From the NCBI GenBank assembly GCA_963664325.2, contig CAXXDQ010000005.1, forward strand, positions 32,001 to 96,000: DNA of 64,000 nucleotides, read 5' to 3'. The stretch's first letter is position 1. Each line of letters opens with the position of its first letter. Both the position numbers and the translations under genes were made by a program. This DNA comes from Desulfomonilia bacterium. Lineage in GTDB: Bacteria > Desulfobacterota > Desulfomonilia > UBA1062. Shown one piece after another: positions 47,889-56,999 of the stretch. The notes under the pieces are model-generated. The model was not told the DNA's origin and searched no databases. It was given only the letters and a program-made list of their open reading frames with translations.

Positions 47889-49247
47889 TTATCTAGGCGT
47901 ACGGCCCTGCAGCTGCCGCCAGCTCTTATCGATATATCCCAGTTCATTCTTCCACCATGGACGGTCAAGCGACGGCATTGGGGCTCTCATCAATCCTTCT
48001 GGGAGAATGGACTCATGTTTCTGCCACGGTCCGATCCTGTATTCATCCAGGGTGTATTCCCGTCCGAGGTTGGGGTTGTTGGGACAGGCCGGTGTTAAAC
48101 CGCTCAGACATCGCATGAGACAGGTGTTGCAGCGCGAGCACCTGACGATATCCTTGACTTTGCCTGCGGCGAGCTTGTTTGCGTATTCGGGATCGCAGAA
48201 AAGCTGGCGGCCGAGCGCCTGTATGTCATACTTGCCATCAGCAATATTCTTATCGATTTTAACCGGATCATGCTGTGAAGCCACAATCACCGGGATCTTG
48301 AGGGCCTTCTTAAAGGCCAGGCCATGCTCCGGGATGTGTTTGGAGCGGTCCATATCAGTGATGAGGTGCCCGCTTTCCTCGTAACCGGCTCCATCGGACA
48401 GGCTTATATAATCCAGGCCCCTGGCCTCAAGGTCTTTGGCCACATCAATCATTTCTTCCTCTGTGAGACCGCCCTGCATGTGCTCTTCTGCGCTGATGCG
48501 GCATCCGACGGCAACACCCGGACAGGCAAAACGGACCTGTTCGGCTATCTCCAGGAGAAAACGCTTGCGATTTCGCCATTCGCCGCCATACAGGTCTGTT
48601 CGCTTATTGGAAAGCGGGGACAGAAACTGATGCTCGATATAGCCATGAGGGGCATGGATCTCAATCACATCGAACCCGGCGATAACAGCCAGCTGGCAGC
48701 TCTGGGCGAATTCCTTCTGCTCCGAGCGGATCTCTTCAATTGTCATCTCCCGGGTCATTTGCCCTGTCATGAAGTATCTCGTATATTCAATAACAGCATA
48801 AAGGTCCGCTAAATGGTTGGGCGATTTCTCAGCTGCTATCTCATAGGGCAGTCCGGCGGTCGGCGCAGGCGCCAGCTTGTGGTGGTCATAGGAATGCCCC
48901 TGCCGGCCGAAACCGATGGTCATCTGAATGGCGGCCTTTGACCCGAAATAATGGATCCCCTCGGCGAGCATGCCGAGCCCCTGCAGATGGCCAGGATGGA
49001 AGAGATACAGGTTCCGTCCCCAGACAAATTCCGATGCGAGACGTGTTCCCATGACGGCCCCTGTGCTTACGAGGCCGGCCCCACCCTTGGCACGAGCCGA
49101 GAAGTACGCAAGCATCTGCTCCGTTGACTCGCCGCCAACACCCGACATGGTCTCGTTCATCGGGGCAAGAGCGATGCGGTTCTTCAACTCGACCGGACCA
49201 ATTTTTATCTTTGATAATACGTGTGAAAACTCCTTTTTTTCAGACAT
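47889..49247 (-). CDS. NADH:flavin oxidoreductase (Old Yellow Enzyme family, with Fe-S motif)
   Basis: LKNRIALAPM, AGFDVIEIHAPHGY, QFLSPLSNKRTDLYGG, CSRCNTC...CPNNP. Confidence 0.92.
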   Translation of the reverse strand: MSEKKEFSHVLSKIKIGPVELKNRIALAPMNETMSGVGGESTEQMLAYFSARAKGGAGLVSTGAVMGTRLASEFVWGRNLYLFHPGHLQGLGMLAEGIHYFGSKAAIQMTIGFGRQGHSYDHHKLAPAPTAGLPYEIAAEKSPNHLADLYAVIEYTRYFMTGQMTREMTIEEIRSEQKEFAQSCQLAVIAGFDVIEIHAPHGYIEHQFLSPLSNKRTDLYGGEWRNRKRFLLEIAEQVRFACPGVAVGCRISAEEHMQGGLTEEEMIDVAKDLEARGLDYISLSDGAGYEESGHLITDMDRSKHIPEHGLAFKKALKIPVIVASQHDPVKIDKNIADGKYDIQALGRQLFCDPEYANKLAAGKVKDIVRCSRCNTCLMRCLSGLTPACPNNPNLGREYTLDEYRIGPWQKHESILPEGLMRAPMPSLDRPWWKNELGYIDKSWRQLQGRTPR

Positions 49248-49334
49248 TTATATCCCTCCCATCTTTTATAGTGAAACCCGACATTCCCGCCCTGCATGAA
49301 TCAATGAGGAACAGATAACATCGTTTTTACAGGC

Positions 49335-50897
49335 TCAATTGACCTTCCTCTCTCTGCCCTGCCAGAAGCTTTCCTTTATTTTCTTCTTTTCGATCTTTCC
49401 CACGATGGTCTTGGGGATGGCATCCCAGAAGGCCACTGCCTTTGGGCACTTGTAGCCGGCGAGTTTGAGTTTGCAGTGTTCCATGATATCCTGTTCCGTG
49501 GCCTGCTGCCCAGGCTTGAGGACCACCACGGCCTGAACGATCTCACCCCACTTGGGATCAGGCGCGGAAACCACGCTGCATTCCTGCACTGCCGGATGCT
49601 GGTAGATGATATCCTCGACCTCCTTGGGATACACGTTTTCCCCGCCGGAGATGATCATGTCGGCCTTGCGGTCGGTCATGTAGATATAGCCGCCATCATC
49701 CATGAAACCCATGTCGCCCATGTGCAGCCATCCTCCGCGCAGGACCTCGGCCGTGAGCTTGGGGTTTTTCCAGTAGCCCAGCATGACGTGCTTGCCCTTG
49801 ACGCAGATCTCGCCGATTTCATTGTTCGGTACGGGGTTGTCGTTCTCGTCTAAGATTTTAACACGCGAACATGGAGCTTCCTTTCCTGCGCTGGTAAGGT
49901 ATTTGGTTTTCGGCCCCTTCAACTGATGATCATCCCAGCTCAGCATAGTCACAGGCGCGCCTGCGGTCTCTGTGGAGCCGTAGCCCTGGGCGAAGATATT
50001 GCCGAATTTTTTTATGCAGCGGATAAGGACCTCGGTTGGGAAAGGGCTGCCCGCATAGGACAGTATGCGCAGGCTCGTTAGATCGTATTTCTCGATATTG
50101 GGATAGTCCACCATCCAGCCGTAGATTGTTGGCACCAGGTTCATGTGTGTGCACTTCTCGTCCTGGATGAGTTTGAATATCATATCGAGATTTGGTTTTC
50201 GGTTGATGCAGACCTTGCCGCAAACGGTCATGATCGCCAGGATCGGCCACCACGAGACATGGAAAATCGGAAGCACATAGCAGGTGGCGTCATCGCGATT
50301 CAAATTCATTCCCAATGCCGCCTGGATGCCGGAGAGAACACAGTTGCGGTGAGAGAGCATCACGCCCTTGGGCAGTCCGGTGGTTCCTCCGGTGTACATG
50401 AGGATAGCAAGATCGTCTTCCTGCACGTCATATTCATCGAGGTCGGGTTCGGCTTCAGTTGCCTTCTTTAATAAGCTCTCATAGTCGAGGAAGCCATTAA
50501 GCGGATTGTCGAAGCTGATCCATGTCTTGACGTTACCCAGCTTCGGTGTAAGCGCACGCACCTTTTCCTCATAGCCGTCGCCCACGACCAGAAGGGTGGC
50601 CTCGCTGTCATTGGTTATGTAGACGATCTCATCATCGCCGAGCCTCGTATTGAGCGGGGTTACGCTCATGCCAAGCTTGGCGGCCGCAAAATAGGCCTCG
50701 AGATATTTGGAGCAGTTGTCGGCCATCACCGTGATTCGGCCGCCCTTCCTGCAGCCGAGAGCAACCAGTGCATTGGCAAAACGATTGATGCGGTCGTTGA
50801 ATTCGCTGTAAGTCCAGCGTGCGCCTTCAAACACGACAGCGGTCCTGTCCGGGTAGCTGACAGCCGCGGTGCGGGGAATATCGCCCAGAGTGTACAT
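49335..50897 (-). CDS. Acyl-CoA ligase (long-chain fatty acid--CoA ligase family)
   Basis: YTGGTTGLPKG, QGYGSTE, GWLHMGD, DRKADMIISGGENVYP. Confidence 0.94.
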   Translation of the reverse strand: MYTLGDIPRTAAVSYPDRTAVVFEGARWTYSEFNDRINRFANALVALGCRKGGRITVMADNCSKYLEAYFAAAKLGMSVTPLNTRLGDDEIVYITNDSEATLLVVGDGYEEKVRALTPKLGNVKTWISFDNPLNGFLDYESLLKKATEAEPDLDEYDVQEDDLAILMYTGGTTGLPKGVMLSHRNCVLSGIQAALGMNLNRDDATCYVLPIFHVSWWPILAIMTVCGKVCINRKPNLDMIFKLIQDEKCTHMNLVPTIYGWMVDYPNIEKYDLTSLRILSYAGSPFPTEVLIRCIKKFGNIFAQGYGSTETAGAPVTMLSWDDHQLKGPKTKYLTSAGKEAPCSRVKILDENDNPVPNNEIGEICVKGKHVMLGYWKNPKLTAEVLRGGWLHMGDMGFMDDGGYIYMTDRKADMIISGGENVYPKEVEDIIYQHPAVQECSVVSAPDPKWGEIVQAVVVLKPGQQATEQDIMEHCKLKLAGYKCPKAVAFWDAIPKTIVGKIEKKKIKESFWQGRERKVN

Positions 50898-50922
50898 TTT
50901 TACCTCCTTGAAATGATCTTGA

Positions 50923-52086
50923 TCACGCCCATGACTTGGGCAGGCCCTGGAATTGCATGAGCATGTTGCGGCTCATCTCGTTCGATATAGGCGAGAACTG
51001 GATCTGGTAGGCGTCACGGAGGAACATGGATACCGGGTATTCATTGCAGATGCCGTACCCGCCGAAAATCTCAGAGCCGAAGGTCCCTGCATGCCGCGCG
51101 CCTTCCGCCGCCACTAGCTTGGCCATGGTCGCCTCCAGATGGTAGGGCTTGCCGTGGTCGCAGAGCCAGGCCGCCTTGTAGGTCAGATTGCGTGAGTTCT
51201 CCAGGTTGATGTACATGTCTGCAAGGTAGTTCTGCAGGATCTGGAAACGGCTGATAGGCCCGCCGAAGGCATTGCGCTCCTGGACATATTTAAAGCAGTA
51301 ATCATAAATGGCGGCGATAATGCCCACGCCCATCATGGCGACGCCGATGCGCTCAGGGTTGAGAACGGTCATGATCTCGTAGAAGGCATTCCCGCGCCTG
51401 CCGATTGTATTTGCCTTGGGTACCTTCACATCGTCATAGAAGATTTCGACGCTCTCGCAATGGTGGCAGCTGATCTTCCCGACCTTGCGGATGGTTACGC
51501 CGGGCGTTTCGCGAGGCACCATGATGGTGCTCCATGACATGCTCTTCTTGACATCCTTCTCGGTCCTGCAGACCGTGAAAAGGGAGTCGGCCACATGAGC
51601 GCCTGTAATAAAGACCTTCTGGCCGTTGATCACCCAGTTGTCGCCACTGTCTTCGGCAAAAGTGGACAAGGCGCCGAGGATGTCCGTGCCGCCGCCTGGC
51701 TCAGTCAAAGCCATACATGTCTTGAACTTACCCTCAGCCAGAAGGGGCAGGTAGGTATTTTTCTGTTCTGGGGTTCCAAGCTCGTGAATAAAACGCAGAC
51801 CGAAGCCCATGGTAACACCCACGGCAAGCGCCACGGACATGGAGGCCTTGCATATCTGCTCGTACCCGATCATGGTATCGACCATCCCCAGGCCCTGCCC
51901 TCCGTATTCAACCGGCACCGGCCCGGATAAGATGCCGATATCGATAAACTTCTTCCAGAGCTCATCCGGCGGAAAGTCCACGTTTTCATCCATCCACCGC
52001 ACATATTCATAATTCAGTTCCTTTTCGCAGAACTTCTTAAAGGTCTGCTGGATCAGGAGCTGATCTTCATTGAAACTGAAATCCAT
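50923..52086 (-). CDS. Acyl-CoA dehydrogenase
   Basis: MALTEPGGGTD, INGQKVFIT, ERNAFGGPISRFQ, IFGGYG. Confidence 0.94.
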   Translation of the reverse strand: MDFSFNEDQLLIQQTFKKFCEKELNYEYVRWMDENVDFPPDELWKKFIDIGILSGPVPVEYGGQGLGMVDTMIGYEQICKASMSVALAVGVTMGFGLRFIHELGTPEQKNTYLPLLAEGKFKTCMALTEPGGGTDILGALSTFAEDSGDNWVINGQKVFITGAHVADSLFTVCRTEKDVKKSMSWSTIMVPRETPGVTIRKVGKISCHHCESVEIFYDDVKVPKANTIGRRGNAFYEIMTVLNPERIGVAMMGVGIIAAIYDYCFKYVQERNAFGGPISRFQILQNYLADMYINLENSRNLTYKAAWLCDHGKPYHLEATMAKLVAAEGARHAGTFGSEIFGGYGICNEYPVSMFLRDAYQIQFSPISNEMSRNMLMQFQGLPKSWA

Positions 52087-52097
52087 GGGTAGCCTCC

Positions 52098-52925
52098 TTA
52101 CTTTTTCTCGTCCGAGGAGATGTTAGCCTCTTTCTGCGTGGCAACCAGGTCCTCGGGTTTTTTCCTGAATGTGTCCATAACCGCCTGGATGTCCGGGGCA
52201 TAGGTGAGCCACTGGACGGCGCCACGCTCCAGTGCAAGGGCTGCATCCAGGCTTCCGCATTCAAGGGAACGCCCCATGACCTCCTTGGCCATACGCAGCG
52301 CGATGATTTTTTTAGAGCTTATGTTGGCGATAACCTCAGCGAACTTTGCTTCGAACTCGTCGTCCTTGAACACACGGGTCAGGAAGCCCATTTCGTACAT
52401 GTCCCTGGCAAGAAAATCCTTGCGGCCGCTGTAGATAATTTCACGCGCCCGGTAGATGGGCATGGCGCGGGCGATGCGTACTGTACCGCCCCAGCCGGGC
52501 AGGATGCCCATGTTGATCTCAGTGGTGCCGAATTTTGCAGACTCCCTGGCATAGATAAGGTCGCACATGAGCGCCAGTTCGAGTCCGCCGGCCAGGCAGT
52601 GGCCTGCAACTTTCGCAATAACCACCTTTTCGCAGAGCTCGATCGCCTTTCCGATTCCATAGCCCTGATGCGCCAGCCAGTTCATGGATTCCATGTGCTC
52701 TGCCAATGAAGGGAATATGCTCAGGTCGCCGCCCGTGCAGAAGGCCTTGCCGCTTCCGGCCAGTACGACCACGGCGACACCGGCTTCATCCCTGACCTTG
52801 AGGAAGGCATCAAGCAGTTCGGAGGCCATCTCCCGGTTTATGGCATTGTACTTGTCCGGGCGGTTCAGCGTGATGGTACAGACCGGGCCGTTTATCTTGT
52901 AAAGGATAGTGGTGTAATCAGCCAT
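52098..52925 (-). CDS. Enoyl-CoA hydratase/isomerase
   Basis: LNRPDKYNAIN, FCTGGDL, AGGLELALMCD, EINMGILPGWGG. Confidence 0.94.
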   Translation of the reverse strand: MADYTTILYKINGPVCTITLNRPDKYNAINREMASELLDAFLKVRDEAGVAVVVLAGSGKAFCTGGDLSIFPSLAEHMESMNWLAHQGYGIGKAIELCEKVVIAKVAGHCLAGGLELALMCDLIYARESAKFGTTEINMGILPGWGGTVRIARAMPIYRAREIIYSGRKDFLARDMYEMGFLTRVFKDDEFEAKFAEVIANISSKKIIALRMAKEVMGRSLECGSLDAALALERGAVQWLTYAPDIQAVMDTFRKKPEDLVATQKEANISSDEKK

Positions 52926-52940
52926 GACATGCCTCGACCA

Positions 52941-53354
52941 TCACTTCCGGACCGGCCTGAAGTACGGCAGGAAATAGCCTTCCCGTTCATGGAATACCAC
53001 CTCAACCTCCATATCGAACTTGATGTCCTTTGGGTCGCACTCTACGATGCGGGTCATCATGCGGATGCCCTCATCAAGGTCCACATAGGCGATAGTGTAC
53101 GGCAGTTCGTCCATGAATTTGGGCTCGACCATGCTGTAGGCAGTGGAGAAGGTGAAAATCCTGGCCTTGCCGCTGGCCTCGATCCAGTCCAGGTTGCTGG
53201 ACCAGCATTCGGGGCAGAATTTGCGCGGATAGAATATATGAACTTTGCAGTCCTTGCAGAACTGGATAAGAAGCTTACCCTGTTTTGTTCCTTCCCAGAA
53301 TTTCTCCGACCAGGGCTGCGTTTCCGGTACCGGTTTTTTCATTTCGAAATCCAT
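52941..53354 (-). CDS. DUF35 Zn-ribbon/OB-fold protein
   Basis: FWEG...QFCKDC...YPRKFCPEC, PYTIAYVDLDEG; start MDFEMKK. Confidence 0.92.
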   Translation of the reverse strand: MDFEMKKPVPETQPWSEKFWEGTKQGKLLIQFCKDCKVHIFYPRKFCPECWSSNLDWIEASGKARIFTFSTAYSMVEPKFMDELPYTIAYVDLDEGIRMMTRIVECDPKDIKFDMEVEVVFHEREGYFLPYFRPVRK

Positions 53355-53355
53355 A

Positions 53356-54537
53356 TCAGATCTCCTTTCCCCATATCGTGGCGATGTTGTTGAATCCCGA
53401 ACCGCCACCGGCGTTCTGGTATACGTATCTGCAGTTCTTAACCTGGCGCTCTCCCGCCTTTCCCATAAGCTGACGGGATGTCTCAACATAGGTGGCCGCG
53501 CTTACACCCGAACCGGTATGGCCCCGGCCAGGTGCATCGCCGATGGTTGACCATGGGATATCACCGCCGAAAGACATGCGGCCTTCAAGGAAGTATTTTC
53601 CGCCCTGCCCCGGAGGTGCCACCTCGAGCCACTCGCATACCAGGGGATGAGCCAGGGGATAGGCCAGATAGCAGTTCCAGAGGCTGACATCATCCTTGGA
53701 AATGCCGGCCTGGGCTATAGCCTCCCTGGCGGTTACACGGAAGCCTTCTTCAACCTTTTTAAAATCCCGCATGACACAGGTACCGCTGAAATAGCGCACC
53801 GAGTCACCCAGCTTATAGGCAGCCGGGCGCTTCATCTTTTTTGCGTCATCGGCAGAAACAATGACCATTGCGCAACCGCCATCACCCAGGACATTGCTCT
53901 CACGTTTGTGCAGGGGCGTGTTGAGCAGGTCGGAGGTCAGCACCTTTTCTACCGACGGCACGTCCTTGCCGTAGAAGAACGAGTTCGGGTCCCTGGATGC
54001 CCAGCTCCTGAGCGCCGTTACCACCGAGGCCATCTGTTCGGGCGTGCATCCAGACTCATGCATGAAGCGGTTGGCCATCAGACCCATGATGATATTGTAG
54101 GTCGTGCCATAGGGGTATTCCCACTGCAGGTCCACACCGGCCTTGGCGAAGAAGTTGATCTGATCGATAAGCGGGATGGTTGAATGAATCGTGACATGCT
54201 GCACAATCACAGCCTTTGCAACGCCGCTCGTTACCCACTGCTCAGCCAGTCGGATGGCATTCGAAGTTGAAGCCCCGCCGGCATTAACACTGACAGCATC
54301 CTTGCAGCCCTTGAGACCGAGTTCTTCCGGAAGCTTGCCGAAAGAAAGTTCAGCCGCGATCTTTGGCTGGGCCTGAGGGGTTACGCTGATAACGCCCTCG
54401 ATGTCATTTTTATTAAGCCCCGAATCCCTTACCGCCTCCATGCAGGTGTCATAGATGATGTCCCAGTGTGTTCGTTCCGGCCGGTTGGCGGTTGGCACCT
54501 CGCCAATGCCGATGATTGCGATTTTCCCTTTGCTCAT
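53356..54537 (-). CDS. Thiolase-superfamily protein (SCP-x/Ltp2-like), lacking nucleophilic Cys
   Basis: IAIIGIGE, NAGGAST at the usual Cys position, DGGCAMVIVS; adjacent to the DUF35 gene. Confidence 0.85.
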   Translation of the reverse strand: MSKGKIAIIGIGEVPTANRPERTHWDIIYDTCMEAVRDSGLNKNDIEGVISVTPQAQPKIAAELSFGKLPEELGLKGCKDAVSVNAGGASTSNAIRLAEQWVTSGVAKAVIVQHVTIHSTIPLIDQINFFAKAGVDLQWEYPYGTTYNIIMGLMANRFMHESGCTPEQMASVVTALRSWASRDPNSFFYGKDVPSVEKVLTSDLLNTPLHKRESNVLGDGGCAMVIVSADDAKKMKRPAAYKLGDSVRYFSGTCVMRDFKKVEEGFRVTAREAIAQAGISKDDVSLWNCYLAYPLAHPLVCEWLEVAPPGQGGKYFLEGRMSFGGDIPWSTIGDAPGRGHTGSGVSAATYVETSRQLMGKAGERQVKNCRYVYQNAGGGSGFNNIATIWGKEI

Positions 54538-54586
54538 AAGCTCTCCTTTATTGATGAAATGAGTGCAATTAATTTATTACTTGATA

Positions 54587-54603
54587 AACCGTACCGTTCG
54601 GTT
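54587..54603. promoter_or_regulatory. Probable TetR-type operator
   Basis: Imperfect palindrome AACCGTAC-C-GTTCGGTT immediately downstream of the minus-strand promoter. Confidence 0.6.
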
Positions 54604-54612
54604 CTATAGTAT

Positions 54613-54641
54613 ATAGTAATCTCATTATTCATGTCTGTCAA
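54613..54641 (-). promoter_or_regulatory. sigma70 promoter of the catabolic operon
   Basis: Minus strand TTGACA (54641-54636), 17-bp spacer, TACTAT (54618-54613). Confidence 0.75.
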
Positions 54642-54715
54642 TTGTGTTTAAAAAAATTATTTTTCGAATGAGGGGTGCATGCCATATTCCTTGGTAACAG
54701 GGCTTTATCGATGAT

Positions 54716-55615
54716 ATGGTTTATGAGATATCAGAACCGAAAGGAGTTGAATTTATGCCGCGACATTCACGGCGCATGAAAATATCAGAGATAAGCGAGC
54801 AGACAGGGACAAGTCCCGCCACTATCAGATATTACGTCAGAGAGGGTCTGCTGCCCCAGCCTTTGAAGACAGGCAAGACAATGGCGTACTATGGCGACAT
54901 TCATATCGAGAGGCTTGATTCGATCAAGCGGCTGAAAAACGAAGGTCACGGCCTTAAATCGATAAAACAGAACCTTATGTCAAGCACCCAGATAATGCCA
55001 TCAGCCAGGAACGAGGTTTTTCATACGAGAACGCGTGAAACAATCATCACTGCCGCCGTCGAACTGTTTCGCGAAAAGGGATATGAGTCCACAGGCATAA
55101 TAGATATCGCAGCCCGTGCGCGGGTTGGTAAAGGTACGATTTATCAGTATTTCAAGGGCAAAGAGGACCTTTTCTTCGAATGCGCAGAGAGCATTTTTTA
55201 TGACATCGCCAAAGACGATCCTACTGTGAGGGATGAAACCGAAGGTTTCAAACGGCTATGGAACCGCTCAATTGCTTTAACTCGCACTACCCGGCACATC
55301 TTTGACATGCTTAATCTGGCACGCGGGGCATCCATCAGAGAGGACCCTCTCTACAAGAGCAAGCTTGAACAGATCATGCAGAATTTTGTCGAGCCGATCA
55401 AGGCCGATGTAGAAATAGCCATTGCCCAGGGCAGTATCCGCCCAATGGACAGCACTCTGATCGCGTACCTTCTCATTGGAGCCACTGAATATGCCGTCTA
55501 TTATGAAATCGATAAAAATCTTGATCCTGAAAAAGTTGTATCAATGGGTTGGACTATTGTCTTCGAAGGAATAGCAGTCAGAGGAAAGAACAAATCCTCA
55601 AAGGGTAAAAGATGA
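54716..55615 (+). CDS. MerR-TetR fusion transcriptional regulator 1
   Basis: MKISEISEQTGTSPATIRYYVREGLL (MerR HTH) plus AAVELFREKGY..DIAARARVGKGTIYQYFKGKEDL (TetR HTH); the true start may be further downstream. Confidence 0.9.
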   Translation: MVYEISEPKGVEFMPRHSRRMKISEISEQTGTSPATIRYYVREGLLPQPLKTGKTMAYYGDIHIERLDSIKRLKNEGHGLKSIKQNLMSSTQIMPSARNEVFHTRTRETIITAAVELFREKGYESTGIIDIAARARVGKGTIYQYFKGKEDLFFECAESIFYDIAKDDPTVRDETEGFKRLWNRSIALTRTTRHIFDMLNLARGASIREDPLYKSKLEQIMQNFVEPIKADVEIAIAQGSIRPMDSTLIAYLLIGATEYAVYYEIDKNLDPEKVVSMGWTIVFEGIAVRGKNKSSKGKR

Positions 55616-56472
55616 GTACAGGAAAACGCATGAAGATATCGGAGTTCTCTTTTCTGACGGGTGTACCTGTCTCGACCATCAGGTATTATATATGGGAAGG
55701 AATCCTCCCTCCTCCAATCAAAGCGGGGCGAACACGCGCCTACTATAACCAGGAGCATATCGATGCACTTGGGCTTGTCAGGCAGAAACAAATCGTGGAG
55801 CACAAACCGCTATCAATCATACGTGAGGAAATGTCCCGTGTGTTCAGCCAGTCATGTAATGAAACCAATGATGAGAATATACCCACAGGAAGAAGGGAGG
55901 ACATAATAACATCCGCCATAGAGGTCTTCTTCGCAAAGGGTCTGACAGAGACCACCATCGCTGACATCGCTTCCACAGCAAGGATCAGCAAGGAGACCTT
56001 CTATCTGCACTTCAAGAACAAAGAAGAGCTTTTCATAGCCTGTGCCGATCGTATTTTCCATGAGATGTACAGAGATGTATGGCATGAGATAAAAAATGAG
56101 AAGAATATGATGCTACGTTTCCGCAAGCGCGCCATTGCCTATTTTTCCTCATATCCCCGCTGGGTAGTCATGATGAATCTCGTGCGAAGCAACGCAGTGG
56201 GAGACAATCCTGTCTTCAAGGAAAAGTTCCGCCAGGTCATAAGTGAAATCGTCGGCCCGATAACCCAGGACATAGAACGGATGCAGAAGCTCGGCGAAGC
56301 CCGGGATGATATCGACACCAACCTTGCCGGATATATTGTCATGGGAATGTCAGAATATGCAGCAGCCTTGATTCAACAAGGTCTATTTCAGGAATCTGAA
56401 ATAATTGAAACCCTGGATATTCTATTTCGGTCAGGCCTGAGTTCAAGCAACTCGTTATCCTTTACTGAATAA
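55612..56472 (+). CDS. MerR-TetR fusion transcriptional regulator 2
   Basis: MKISEFSFLTGVPVSTIRYYIWEGIL plus TTIADIASTARISKETFYLHFKNKEEL; ATGA overlap. Confidence 0.9.
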   Translation: MSTGKRMKISEFSFLTGVPVSTIRYYIWEGILPPPIKAGRTRAYYNQEHIDALGLVRQKQIVEHKPLSIIREEMSRVFSQSCNETNDENIPTGRREDIITSAIEVFFAKGLTETTIADIASTARISKETFYLHFKNKEELFIACADRIFHEMYRDVWHEIKNEKNMMLRFRKRAIAYFSSYPRWVVMMNLVRSNAVGDNPVFKEKFRQVISEIVGPITQDIERMQKLGEARDDIDTNLAGYIVMGMSEYAAALIQQGLFQESEIIETLDILFRSGLSSSNSLSFTE

Positions 56473-56999
56473 AAGGGTGTCCAAACATTATGATTATAGC
56501 CTCATGATTTAAATATATTTGTATAATAGCATTCTTATAATATCAGATCGCTGCAATTATCAGCGATCATTTTCTCATCAAGCCCTCCACTATAAATCTT
56601 AACTGAAAACCAAGACACAGCAGGTAAAGCAGGTAATGCAAGTTAGCTCAGGGACGATGGTACACTGTAGACTCCATATAACTATGGAAAATCGTCCAGA
56701 ATCCAATGATGAAAAAAAGAATAAATAACTTGAGATAATTGATGGATGAACAGGTATGAAGATTACAAACTGAGATCTATGATCAAGGAACAGACCATCG
56801 CAGTCCGGATTTCTAAAAGGAATAGCAACTCCTGCTTTTTCCCCAAAGTGGCTGCTCGCTGCAAACAAATAGATTATTGCATCGATCAAAGCCAGCACGT
56901 CATCAAGAAGGCCAACGGCGCCTTTGTTACAAACCTGATATTTCTTGCCCTGTAATCAAGAGATTTTACCTGCCCGGTCATGACAAATCCTCATGTTCT

